Positions 1 through 11,718 of a DNA stretch of 64,000 nucleotides are shown here, piece after piece. A program made the translations under genes and the position numbers. Position 1 is the first letter of the stretch. Every line of letters begins with the position of its first letter. The stretch comes from Gammaproteobacteria bacterium. Its GTDB lineage: Bacteria > Pseudomonadota > Gammaproteobacteria > Steroidobacterales > Steroidobacteraceae. A model generated the notes under the pieces. That model did not search any database, was not told where the DNA came from, and was given only the letters and a program-made list of their open reading frames with translations. The stretch lies in contig JBQTKF010000055.1 of the NCBI GenBank assembly GCA_052386355.1, forward strand, positions 324-64,323. Reading direction: 5' to 3'.

Positions 1-50
1 AAACAGAAGACGCGAAATTGGCTACTTAACCCCTTATCGGCCCCGCTAGG

Positions 51-2189
51 ATGGCGCCGGGCCGCGGCCGGCCCCGGGAGGTCCTGCCGATGTCGTTGAC
101 CGCACGCCGGATCGCGGAACGCCGGGGTGCGGCCGCACCGGACTGGCGCCGCGTGCTGACGACGATCCTGACCTCGCGCGCCCTCGATTCGATCGAAGAA
201 TCGCGCCTGGTGCCCGAGCGCAAGGTGCTGTACCAGTTCTCCGCGCGCGGCCACGACGTCACCCAGGCCCTGCTCGGCGCGGAACTCATCGGCCGGCGCG
301 ACGCGGTGGCGCCCTACTACCGTTCGCGGCCGCTCGCGCTCGCGCTGGGGCTGCCGGTCGAGGAAGCCCTCGCATCCACCATGATGCGGGCCGAGGGCAT
401 GTCGGGCGGCCGCGACATCGGGGTCGTGTTCAACCGCCCGAACCGCGAGGGACCCTGCCTGTTGCCCGCCTGTGGCGGCGTCGGCGCGCAGTTCACGCCC
501 GCCACCGGCTGGGCGCAATCGCTGGTTTACCGCGCGCGCGTCCTCGCTGACGAATCTGCCGCCGGCTGCATCGCAGTCGCCCACGGCGGCGACGCCTCGA
601 CCGCGACCAACGGCTTCTGGGCCTCGCTCAATATCGCGACCACCGGCCAGCTGCCGCTGCTCTACTTCATCGAGGACAACGGATACGGCATTTCGGTGCC
701 GTCCCGCATGCAGACTCCGGGTGGAAATTTCGCCGCGAACCTCGCCTCCTTCAGCGGCCTCAGGATCCTGAACGGCGACGGCTCGGACCCCGTTGCCGCG
801 GCGGCGCTGATCGGGGAAGCGGTCGCCGCCGTGCGCGCCGGCAACGGGCCGGTATTGCTGCGTCTCGTGGTGCCGCGGCTGTCCGGGCATTCGGGCCAGG
901 ACACCCAGGCTTACAAGAGCGCCGATGAGATTGCCGCCGAACAGGCGCGTGACCCGCTCGTCGTCCTGCAAAGGCAACTGGTCCCGGCCGTGCTCGCGGA
1001 CGCGGAATGGTCGGGGCTCGAAGCGGCCGCCGGGCAATCCGTCGAGGAAGCGCTGCTCAGCATCGAGGCGCGTCCGCGCCGCTTTACGGCCGCAGCCACC
1101 ACGCATTCCTTCAGCGAGCGGCTGCCCGAGGGCCGCATCGAAGTCCAGCAGCAGGGCGGACTGCTCGCGGAAGGCATCGAGCCGCCCGTGGGCAGCGCGA
1201 TGCCGCGCCCGGAGGGGCCGCGCATCAACATGCTGACCGCCATCCGGCGCACGCTCGAGCACGAACTGGCGATCAACCCGCGCATGCTGGTGTTCGGCGA
1301 GGATGTCGGCAAGAAGGGCGGCGTGCACGCGGCGACACTGGGCCTGCAGGACCGCTTCGGCGCGGAGCGCGTGTTCGACACCAGCTTGTCGGAGGAGGGC
1401 ATCATCGGCCGTGCCGTCGGCATGGCGCTGGCGGGACTGCTCCCGGTGCCCGAGATCCAGTTCCGCAAGTATGCGGAGCCCGCGGCCGAGCAACTGCACG
1501 ACTGCGGGACGATGCGCTGGCGCACGGTCAATCGCTTCGCGGCGCCCATGGTCGTGCGCATGCCGGGCGGTTTCTTCAAGTGCGGCGACCCCTGGCACAG
1601 CCAGTGCAACGAAGTCGAGTTCCTGCATGCCACCGGCTGGCGGCTCGCGATGCCGTCGAATGCGGAGGATGCCGTCGGGCTGCTGCGCGCGGCGCTGCGC
1701 GGCAACGACCCGGTCATCTTCTTCGAGCACCGTTCGCTGATCGACGGCGCCACCGCGCGACGCCCTTATCCCGGCGACGATTACCTGCTGCCATTCGGCG
1801 TCGCGCGCATCGTGAGGAGCGGGGCCGAGCTGACGGTCGTCGCCTGGGGTGCGATGGTCGAGCGCTGCGAGCAGGCTGCCGCGGAGTCCGGCATCGACGT
1901 CGAACTCATCGACCTGCGCACACTCTCGCCTTGGGACCGAGAGTCGATCCTGGCCTCGGTCGCGCGCACGCGCCGTTGCCTGGTCGTGCATGAAGACAAT
2001 CTGACCGCGGGCTTCGGCGCGGAAGTCGCGGCGACGGTGGCCGAACGGTCGTTCTTCGGCCTGGATGCACCGGTCGAGCGCCTGGCCATGCCGGACGTCC
2101 CGAGCCCGCACAGCCCTGAGTTGCTCGACGCCGTGGTGCCATCGGTCCCTTCGATCACCGCCGCCATGCGTCGCATTGCGAGCCTCTGA
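51..2189 (+). CDS. TPP-dependent 2-oxoacid dehydrogenase E1 component, fused alpha+beta subunits
   Basis: 712-aa ORF. The N-half is E1-alpha-like with a TPP-binding region (GGDASTATNGFWASLN...FIEDNGYGISV). The C-half is E1-beta/transketolase-like (LVFGEDVGKKGGVH...FDTSLSEEGIIGRAVGMA). The true start may be ATG 90 (MSLTARR). Confidence 0.85.
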   Translation: MAPGRGRPREVLPMSLTARRIAERRGAAAPDWRRVLTTILTSRALDSIEESRLVPERKVLYQFSARGHDVTQALLGAELIGRRDAVAPYYRSRPLALALGLPVEEALASTMMRAEGMSGGRDIGVVFNRPNREGPCLLPACGGVGAQFTPATGWAQSLVYRARVLADESAAGCIAVAHGGDASTATNGFWASLNIATTGQLPLLYFIEDNGYGISVPSRMQTPGGNFAANLASFSGLRILNGDGSDPVAAAALIGEAVAAVRAGNGPVLLRLVVPRLSGHSGQDTQAYKSADEIAAEQARDPLVVLQRQLVPAVLADAEWSGLEAAAGQSVEEALLSIEARPRRFTAAATTHSFSERLPEGRIEVQQQGGLLAEGIEPPVGSAMPRPEGPRINMLTAIRRTLEHELAINPRMLVFGEDVGKKGGVHAATLGLQDRFGAERVFDTSLSEEGIIGRAVGMALAGLLPVPEIQFRKYAEPAAEQLHDCGTMRWRTVNRFAAPMVVRMPGGFFKCGDPWHSQCNEVEFLHATGWRLAMPSNAEDAVGLLRAALRGNDPVIFFEHRSLIDGATARRPYPGDDYLLPFGVARIVRSGAELTVVAWGAMVERCEQAAAESGIDVELIDLRTLSPWDRESILASVARTRRCLVVHEDNLTAGFGAEVAATVAERSFFGLDAPVERLAMPDVPSPHSPELLDAVVPSVPSITAAMRRIASL

Positions 2190-3427
2190 TGAACACGATC
2201 GAAGTGCGGCTCCCGGATGAGCAGGCGGAAGGAACCCGGTCGCAGGTGCTGCGCTGGCTCAAGGCCGTGGGCACACCCGTCGTGCGCCACGAGCCGCTGG
2301 TCGAGATCGAGACCGACAAGGTGACGATCGAGGTGCCGGCGCCCGCCGACGGCGTACTCGCCGAGATCGTGGCCGCGGAAGGAACGGACGTCGAACCAGG
2401 CGCACTGCTCGGCAGGCTCGCGCCCGCAGCCGCCGCGGCTGCCGGCACCGATTCTGCTGCGGCCGTGGCCGCGGCACCGTCTCGCGCCGCGGCCGGCGCG
2501 AATGCCGCCGCCGGATCGTCAAGCTCGCAGCTGAGTCCGGCCGTGCGCCGCCTGCTGGCGGAAAGTGGGCTCGAGGCCTCGGCCGTGCAGGGCACGGGCG
2601 CGGGGGGAAGGCTGACGGTGGACGATGTGCTGGCGGCGGCAGCGAAGCGGCTTCAGGCGGCGCCTGCTGCGACCGCGCCGTCACCTCCGGTGCCGACGGT
2701 TGCCCCGCATCCCGCGCCGGCTGCCGCCGCGGGATCGAGACGCATCCCGCACACGCCGATGCGGCGACGCATTGCCGAGCGGATGGTGCAGAGCCTGTTG
2801 CATACGGCGCCGCACGTGACGACCGTGTTCCAGGCCGACTTGAGCGCCGTGCTTGCGCATCGCGCCGCCCACAAGGGCGAGTTCGAGCGCCGCGGCACGC
2901 CGCTGACGCTGACCGCATACCTGGTGGCGGCGAGCGCCGTGGCGATCCGCGCGGTGCCGGAGGCGCACGGACGCTGGGCGGACGATGCGCTCCTGATTCC
3001 CGAACGCATCGACATCGGCGTGGGCACGGCGCTCGAGGGCCGGGGGCTCGTGGTGCCGGTGATCCGAGACGTCGGCACACTGGACCTGGCCGGCATCGCC
3101 GCGGCGCTCGCCGACCTCGTGGCGCGCGCGCGCGCGGACCGGCTCCAGCCCGCCGACCTGCGCGACGGGACGTTTACGATTTCGAACCATGGCGTCAGCG
3201 GCAGCCTGCTCGCGGCGCCGATCGTGATCAACCAGCCGCAGTCCGCGATCCTGGGCGTCGGCAAGCTCGAAAAACGCGCCGTGGTCGTGACTCGCGAAGG
3301 CCGCGACGAGGTCGCGATCCGGCCCTGCTGCTACGTGACGCTGACCATCGACCATCGCGTGCTCGACGGCCACCAGGCAAACCGTTTCATGGAAACGCTG
3401 GTACGGAGCCTCGAGGGCTGGGGTTGA
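2189..3427 (+). CDS. Dihydrolipoamide acyltransferase, E2 component of a 2-oxoacid dehydrogenase complex
   Basis: N-terminal lipoyl domain (EIETDKVTIEVPAPADGVL), Ala/Pro-rich linkers, E3-binding-like segment (LSPAVRRLLAESGL...GTGAGGRLTVDDV) and catalytic domain with the DHRVLDG motif. Its ATG overlaps the E1 stop codon by 1 nt (TGATG). Confidence 0.9.
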   Translation: MNTIEVRLPDEQAEGTRSQVLRWLKAVGTPVVRHEPLVEIETDKVTIEVPAPADGVLAEIVAAEGTDVEPGALLGRLAPAAAAAAGTDSAAAVAAAPSRAAAGANAAAGSSSSQLSPAVRRLLAESGLEASAVQGTGAGGRLTVDDVLAAAAKRLQAAPAATAPSPPVPTVAPHPAPAAAAGSRRIPHTPMRRRIAERMVQSLLHTAPHVTTVFQADLSAVLAHRAAHKGEFERRGTPLTLTAYLVAASAVAIRAVPEAHGRWADDALLIPERIDIGVGTALEGRGLVVPVIRDVGTLDLAGIAAALADLVARARADRLQPADLRDGTFTISNHGVSGSLLAAPIVINQPQSAILGVGKLEKRAVVVTREGRDEVAIRPCCYVTLTIDHRVLDGHQANRFMETLVRSLEGWG

Positions 3428-3511
3428 CGCCGGCGGCTGCGGCGGGCCCGCCGGTGCGATAATGCGGTCTACGGCAGGCGGCCCGGTTGGCGGGTACGCC
3501 GGGAGCAGCGG

Positions 3512-4507
<996 letters not shown>

Positions 4508-4518
4508 GGAGACGGGGC

Positions 4519-4812
4519 ATGACAACCGGAAACCGTGACTGGCCGCTCTACGAGGTCTTCATCCGCTCAAAGTCGGGCCTCGACCACAAGCACGTCGGCA
4601 GCCTGCACGCCACGGATGCGCGCATGGCGATCGAGCACGCGCGCGACCTCTACACCCGGCGGCAGGAAGGTGTCAGCATCTGGGCAGTGCGCTCCGCCGA
4701 CATCGTCGCCTCGGATCCCGCGGAGGCGGACACGCTGTTCGAACCGGCGCGCGACAAGGTCTATCGCCACCCGACGTTCTACGACATTCCGGAAGAGGTG
4801 AAGACGCTGTGA
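4519..4812 (+). CDS. paaB: 1,2-phenylacetyl-CoA epoxidase subunit B
   Basis: 97-aa protein MTTGNRDWPLYEVFIRSKSGLDHKHVGSLHA... typical of PaaB. It is hidden in the tail of track ORF 3487..4812; the ATG at 4519 is 12 nt after the paaA stop. Confidence 0.9.
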   Translation: MTTGNRDWPLYEVFIRSKSGLDHKHVGSLHATDARMAIEHARDLYTRRQEGVSIWAVRSADIVASDPAEADTLFEPARDKVYRHPTFYDIPEEVKTL

Positions 4813-5558
4813 CCGCGCACCTGGACTACGTGCTGCGGCTCGCCGACTCGAATCTCGTGCTCGCGCAGCGGCTCGGCGAGTGGGTCGGCCACGCGCCCGC
4901 CCTCGAAGAGGACCTCGGACTCGCCAATGTTTCGCTCGACCTGCTCGGGCAGGCGCGGCTGCTGCTTGCGCACGCCGGAGAACTGGAGGGCAGGGGCAGG
5001 AGCGAGGATGACCTCGCTTACCTGCGCGAGGAATCGGAATACCGGAACCTGACGCTGGTCGAGCAGCCGAACGGCGATTTCGGCCAGACCATCGCGCGCC
5101 AGTTCCTGTTCGATTCCTGGCAACTGGGTCTGTACGAGGCGCTCGTGCAATCGAACGATGTCCGGCTGGCGGCGATTGCCGCCAGGGCGGTCAAGGAGTC
5201 CCGCTACCACCTGCGCTACAGCGGCGGTTGGCTGGTGCGGCTCGGCGACGGCACCGTCGAGAGCCACCGGCGCGTGCAGGACGCCCTCGAGCGCCTGTGG
5301 CCGTTCACCAACGAGTTGTTCGCCGGCGACGACGTGGACCGGGAGGCAGCGCGCGCGGGCATCGGCCCGGAATCGAGCGCGCTCGAGCCGGCGTGGTCGT
5401 CGCGCATCGACGAGGTGCTGGCGCAGTCAACGCTGACGCGACCGGCGGCCTCGCACTTCGCCTGGTACGGCAAGCAGGGCCGCCACGGCGAGCACCTCGG
5501 CTACCTGCTCGCCGAGATGCAATCGCTTCACCGCGCCCATCCCGGCGCGGGCTGGTAG
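4809..5558 (+). CDS. paaC: 1,2-phenylacetyl-CoA epoxidase subunit C
   Basis: 249 aa. GTG start in a GTGA overlap with the paaB stop. Position and PaaC-like N-terminus (LRLADSNLVLAQRLGEWVGHAP). Confidence 0.88.
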   Translation: MTAHLDYVLRLADSNLVLAQRLGEWVGHAPALEEDLGLANVSLDLLGQARLLLAHAGELEGRGRSEDDLAYLREESEYRNLTLVEQPNGDFGQTIARQFLFDSWQLGLYEALVQSNDVRLAAIAARAVKESRYHLRYSGGWLVRLGDGTVESHRRVQDALERLWPFTNELFAGDDVDREAARAGIGPESSALEPAWSSRIDEVLAQSTLTRPAASHFAWYGKQGRHGEHLGYLLAEMQSLHRAHPGAGW

Positions 5559-5565
5559 CGCCGCG

Positions 5566-6090
5566 ATGCCCGCGACCGCCCCGCGCGCAGGCGTGGCGCT
5601 ACCCGCCGACGTGGAGGCGCGCGTCCGGAACCTGCTCGCGCAGGTGCCCGACCCGGAAATCCCGGTGCTCTCGGTGCTCGACCTCGGCGTGATCCGCCAT
5701 CTCGCGCTGCGCCCCGACGGAACGCTCGAGGTCGGCGTCGCGCCGACCTACTCGGGCTGCCCGGCGACACCCGTGATCAAGGCGGACGTGGTGCGTGCGC
5801 TGAGCGGCGCCGGGTTCGAGGTGGCGGCGGTGGACGTGCTGTCACCACCCTGGACCAGCGACTGGCTGAGCGCCGACGGGCGCCGCAAGCTCCTGGCTTT
5901 CGGCATCGCACCGCCGGCACAGGCGGTCGACAACCCGCGCGCGTTGTTCGCGCCCGATCCCGCGGTCACCTGCCCGCGTTGCGGCTCGACGCGCACCGCG
6001 AAGACCAGCGAGTTTGGCTCGACGCCCTGCAAGGCGCTCTATCGTTGCGAATCCTGTCGCGAGCCCTTCGACACCTTCAAGTGCATATGA
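5566..6090 (+). CDS. paaD: Phenylacetate-CoA oxygenase subunit PaaD (PaaJ in Pseudomonas naming)
   Basis: 174 aa. DUF59-like N-terminal part (VPDPEIPVLSVLDLGVI) plus a C-terminal Cys cluster (CPRCGS...CESC). Sits in the paaD position. Confidence 0.85.
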   Translation: MPATAPRAGVALPADVEARVRNLLAQVPDPEIPVLSVLDLGVIRHLALRPDGTLEVGVAPTYSGCPATPVIKADVVRALSGAGFEVAAVDVLSPPWTSDWLSADGRRKLLAFGIAPPAQAVDNPRALFAPDPAVTCPRCGSTRTAKTSEFGSTPCKALYRCESCREPFDTFKCI

Positions 6091-6094
6091 CCCC

Positions 6095-7162
6095 GTGCTG
6101 AAGTTCCATCCGCTCAGGATCACGGGCCGCCGCGCGGTCGCCGACGACGCAATCGCGCTCGCATTCGCGATCCCGCAGGCTCTCACCGCGGAATTCCGGC
6201 ACCATGCCGGCCAGCACGTCGCAATCCGCGCGCAGATCGGCGGACAGGAGGAGCGGCGGACCTATTCCATCGTGAACCCGGAAGGCGCGCCGGAACTTGC
6301 GATCGCATTCCGCGTGCAGCCGGACGGGCGCATGTCGCAGCGCCTGGCGCGCGCGCAGCCCGGCGAAGTGCTCGAGGTCATGCCGCCGAACGGCAGTTTC
6401 CAGGCGAGCACAACGCCGGTGCCTTCCCGGCGCTGCGCCGCCTTCGCGTCCGGCAGCGGCATCACGCCGGTGCTGTCGATTGCGGGGACGCTGCTTGAGC
6501 GCGAGCCGGACTGCCGCTTCCAGCTGTACTACGGCAACACCAGCGCGGCGCGCACCATGCTCCTCGACGACGTGCTTGCGCTCAAGAACCGCTTCCTGCC
6601 GCGGTTCTCGGCCTGCTTCGTGATGAGCCGCGAGCCGCAGGAGGTGGCGCTGTTCAACGGCCGCATCGACGCCGCCAAGGTGCGCGAATTCGCGCGTCAC
6701 GGACTCGACGTGCCCGGGATGGACGAGTTCTTCATCTGCGGCCCCGACGACATGGCAGGCGAAGTGCAGAATGTGCTCGCTGCGGAGGGTGCGACCGGGC
6801 GCGTGCACGTCGAGCATTTCGCCGCAGGCGCGCCGGCGCACCTGCCCGCTCCGGCGCCCGTGGCAGCGGCCGCGGCTGCGGACTCGGTCGCGGTCACCGT
6901 CGTGATGGACGGCCGCCGCCGCAGCTTCCGGATGGCGAAGAATGGCGAGCCGGTGCTCGACGCCGCGGAGCGTGCAGGCCTCGACCTGCCGTTCTCCTGC
7001 CGTTCGGGTGTCTGCTCGACCTGCCGCGCGCGGCTCGTCGGCGGCAGCGCGACGATGGAGCACAATGTGGCGCTCGAGGATTGGGAAGTGGAGGCGGGAT
7101 ATATTCTCTGCTGTCAGGCGCGGCCGACCTCCGCCGCGCTCGAGATCAGCTACGACGAATGA
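6095..7162 (+). CDS. paaE: 1,2-phenylacetyl-CoA epoxidase reductase subunit (FNR-like plus plant-type 2Fe-2S)
   Basis: In-frame GTG at 6095 gives VLKFHPLRI..., matching PaaE N-termini. RTYSI flavin motif and C-terminal CRSGVCSTCRA...C ferredoxin motif. The track ORF start (6014) overlaps paaD and is rejected. Confidence 0.88.
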   Translation: MLKFHPLRITGRRAVADDAIALAFAIPQALTAEFRHHAGQHVAIRAQIGGQEERRTYSIVNPEGAPELAIAFRVQPDGRMSQRLARAQPGEVLEVMPPNGSFQASTTPVPSRRCAAFASGSGITPVLSIAGTLLEREPDCRFQLYYGNTSAARTMLLDDVLALKNRFLPRFSACFVMSREPQEVALFNGRIDAAKVREFARHGLDVPGMDEFFICGPDDMAGEVQNVLAAEGATGRVHVEHFAAGAPAHLPAPAPVAAAAAADSVAVTVVMDGRRRSFRMAKNGEPVLDAAERAGLDLPFSCRSGVCSTCRARLVGGSATMEHNVALEDWEVEAGYILCCQARPTSAALEISYDE

Positions 7163-7175
7163 TGCGCGCGCGCCC

Positions 7176-7964
7176 ATGAGCTACACGACGATCCGTTACG
7201 CGGTGGACGCGGGCATCGCGCGCCTGACCCTGGACCGCCCTGAGCGCCTGAATGCGTTCAACGGGACGCTGCATGCGGAACTGCGCGACGTGCTCGGCCG
7301 CATCGCCGGCGACGGAGGCCGCGTGCTGGTGCTTTCCGGCGCCGGCCGCGCATTCTGCGCGGGCCAGGACCTCGGCGAGCGCCAGGCCCACGCCGACGGC
7401 GGCCGCGCGGACCTCGGCGAATCCATCGAACGGAACTACAAGCCGCTGGTTCTGGCGCTGGCCGCGCTGCCGGTGCCGACCGTCGCCGCCGTCAACGGCG
7501 TCGCGGCCGGAGCGGGGGCGAGCATTGCGTTCGCCTGCGACATCGTGATCGCGGCGCGCTCCGCATCCTTCATCCAGGCGTTTTCGAAGCTGGGGCTGGT
7601 GCCCGATTCCGGCGCGACCTGGCTGCTGCCGCGTCTCGCGGGCCGGGCCCGCGCGCTCGCGTTGGCGCTCCTCGCCGAGAAGCTCGACGCGGCCACCGCC
7701 GCGGACTGGGGACTCATCTGGCGTTGCGTGGAAGATGGGGAGTTCCAGGCCGAGGTGGAGCGCGTCGCCGCGCGACTGGCCGCCGGGCCGACGCGCGCGC
7801 TGGTGCGCACGCGCGAGGCGATGCAAGCGGGCTGGGGCCGTACGCTCGCCGCGCAACTCGACCTCGAACGCGACTTCCAGCGCGAACTGGGCCGGACCGC
7901 CGACTACGCCGAAGGCGTCGCGGCCTTCGCAGCGAAGCGCGTGCCGCGGTTCACGGGGAGGTAG
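7176..7964 (+). CDS. paaG: 2-(1,2-epoxy-1,2-dihydrophenyl)acetyl-CoA isomerase (crotonase family)
   Basis: Starts MSYTTIRYAVDAGIARLTLDRPERLNAF, a crotonase fold in the PaaG position. 262 aa from the ATG at 7176. Confidence 0.85.
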   Translation: MSYTTIRYAVDAGIARLTLDRPERLNAFNGTLHAELRDVLGRIAGDGGRVLVLSGAGRAFCAGQDLGERQAHADGGRADLGESIERNYKPLVLALAALPVPTVAAVNGVAAGAGASIAFACDIVIAARSASFIQAFSKLGLVPDSGATWLLPRLAGRARALALALLAEKLDAATAADWGLIWRCVEDGEFQAEVERVAARLAAGPTRALVRTREAMQAGWGRTLAAQLDLERDFQRELGRTADYAEGVAAFAAKRVPRFTGR

Positions 7965-7968
7965 CGGG

Positions 7969-8410
7969 ATGGGCAATGACGACTCCGGCGCCGGTCGCGC
8001 GCAGTCGGTCGCGGAGCGGGCGGTGCGCGCGCTGTGGGAGGGCGACCGGGCGTCGCAGGCGCTCGGCATGGCAATCGAGTCCGCCGGCCCCGGCACCGCG
8101 CGCGTCCGCATGCGGGTGCGCCCCGACATGACGAATGGGCATGGCATCTGCCACGGCGGGCTCGTGTTCGCCCTGGCCGACAGCGCCTTCGCTTTCGCCT
8201 GCAACTCGCATGGAGACAACACCGTGGCGGCCGGCGCCGCGATCGAGTTCCTGCGGCCGGCGCGCGAGGGCGACGTGCTGACCGCCGTCGCGACCGAGCG
8301 CTGGCGCGCCGGGCGCTCCGGCATTTACGAGATCGAGGTGCGCAACCAGGGCGGTGAGGCGGTGGCGTTGTTCCGTGGCCGCAGCCACCAGGTCGCGGGG
8401 AGGCTGATCG

Positions 8411-8418
<8 letters not shown>
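7969..8418 (+). CDS. paaI: Hydroxyphenylacetyl-CoA thioesterase (hotdog fold)
   Basis: 149 aa with the NGHGICHGGLVFALADSAF motif typical of PaaI. ATG at 7969, just after the paaG stop. Confidence 0.85.
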
Positions 8419-9612
<1,194 letters not shown>

Positions 9613-9616
<4 letters not shown>

Positions 9617-11718
9617 ACGTACCGGTCCGCGTCGAACGCGACGGCGAACTCGCCGTCGTGACGGTGGACAACCCGCCGGTGAACGCACTCTCGCACGCGG
9701 TGCGCGCGGCGCTGCTGGCGGCCATCGAGGAACTCGACGCGGATGCCGCGACACACGTGATCGTGCTGATCGGGGCCGGGCGCAACTTCATCGCCGGCGC
9801 GGACGTGCGCGAGTTCGACCGCCCGCCGCTCGAGCCGATGCTCCCGGCTGTGCTGGCCCGGCTCGAGGCTTGCGCCAAGCCCGTGATCGCGGCGCTCGCG
9901 GGGCCGACGCTCGGCGGCGGCGCGGAGACTGCGCTCGCTTGCCACTACCGCTGCGCCGCCGCCGACCTGCAGCTCGGCTTCCCTGAGGTCAACCTCGGGC
10001 TGCTGCCGGGTGCCGGCGGCACCGTGCGCCTGCCGCGGCTCGCCGGCTGGCAGGCCTCGCTCGACCTGATGACGTCGGGCCGGCCGATCGGCCTGGAGGC
10101 GGCGATCGCGCATGGCATCGTGGATCGGCGCGCGGACGGCGACCTGCGCGCGGGCGCGGTCGCCTATGCACGCGAGCTTTCGCGCAAGGGGGCGCGGCCG
10201 CGGCGCACGCGTGATCTGCCGCTGACGTCGTCGCGCCCGTCGCTGTTCGAGGAATTCCTGCTGGGCCTGTCCGCCGCGGCGCGGCGCCTGCCGGCGCCGC
10301 CTCGCATCGTGGAGGCGCTCGCATCGGCCGCGATGCTGCCTTTCGACGCCGCGCAGGCGCGCGCGCGGACGCTGTTCGTCGAGTGCCTGAACTCGCCGGA
10401 GTCGCGCGCGCTCCGGCACCTGTTCTTCGCCGAGCGCGGCGCGGTACCCGACCGCGAACTCGCCCGGAAAGTGCGCGAGGCGGGCGTGATCGGCTCGGGC
10501 ACCATGGGATCCGGCATCGCGGTCGCGCTCGCGACCGGCGGCATCGGCGTGACGCTCGTGGACGCGAAGCCCGAGGCGCTCGAAGCCGGACTGGCGCGGG
10601 CGCAGTCGGCGATTGACGGCGCTGCGCGCAAGGGTCGCATGAGCGTGGAAACGGCCACCGCGGTGCGCGCCCGCCTGCGCGTGGCCGCCGCGACCGAGGC
10701 GGTCGCCGGCGCCGACCTGGTGATCGAGGCGGTATTCGAGAACCTGGCGGTCAAGCGCGAACTGTTCTCGAAGCTCGGCGCGATCTGCAGACCGGGCGCC
10801 GTGCTCGCCACCAACACCTCGACCCTCGACGTGGACGCCATCGCCGCGGCTTCGGGCCGGACGGCGGATGTCGTCGGCATGCATTTTTTCAGTCCGGCCC
10901 ACGTGATGCGCCTGGTCGAGGTGGTGCGCGGGCGGGAATCCTCGCGGGCCGCGGTCGCGACCGCGCATGCCGTCGCCAAACAGGCCGGAAAGATCGGCGT
11001 CACCGTCGGCAACTGCTTCGGCTTCGTCGGCAACCGGATGCTCTACGCCTACGGGCGCGAGAAGGAACTGATGCTGCTCGAGGGCGCGACGCCTGAGCGC
11101 ATCGATCGCGCGCTCACGGACTTCGGCATGGCGATGGGTCCGAGTGCAGTCGGCGACCTCGCGGGTCTCGACGTCGGCTGGCAGGTGCGCCGCGAGTGGG
11201 CGGACAAGCCCGACGATCCGCGTTTCTACCGCGTCTCGGACCTGCTCGCCGAACTCGGGCGTTTCGGCCAGAAGAGCGGCCGCGGCTTCTATCGCTACGA
11301 CGGGCCGGGTGGCGAGCGTACGCCGGATCCGGAGGTGCTCGAGCTGATCGAAGCGGAAGCCGCGCGGCTGGGCGTCGCCCGGCGTGAGATCGGCGACGAT
11401 GAAATCGTGGGCCGCTGCATGCATGCGTTGATCAACGAGGGTGCGGCCATCCTCGAACAGGGCTTCGCCGCATCGCCAGCCGACATCGACGTGATCTGGT
11501 GCAATGGTTATGGTTTCCCCCGCCACCGCGGCGGGCCGATGTTCCACGCCGACGCGACCGGACTGCCGAAGGTGCTGGCGCAGATCCGCCGCTACGCCGC
11601 TGCGTTCGGCGAGCGCGACTGGCCGCCGGCGCCGCTCCTCGTCCCGCGGGCAGAGGCGGATTCGAGCTTCGGCGCGTGGCAGGCGGCGCGTGCGGCCGGG
11701 GACGGGAGGACGGCATGA
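9613..11718 (+). CDS. Fused enoyl-CoA hydratase / 3-hydroxyacyl-CoA dehydrogenase (FadB/FadJ-type), probable PaaF+PaaH equivalent
   Basis: N-terminal crotonase domain (VDNPPVNAL...GAGRNFIAGADV), then an NAD-binding HAD domain (VIGSGTMGSGIA). GTG 9613 forms a GTGA overlap with the paaJ stop. Confidence 0.85.

Noticed and set aside
3440-3453. 14-nt GC palindrome after the E2 stop, considered as an intrinsic terminator.
   Set aside because: The stem is effectively only about 5 bp around a 4-nt loop and no U-tract follows. This is not enough to call a terminator. It is kept only as a note in the promoter finding.
3424-3463. TTGACG (3424-3429) considered as the -35 partner of the GATAAT -10-like element upstream of paaA.
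   Set aside because: The spacer would be 28 nt, far outside the 16-19 nt range. The TTGACG also overlaps the E2 stop codon and is probably fortuitous.
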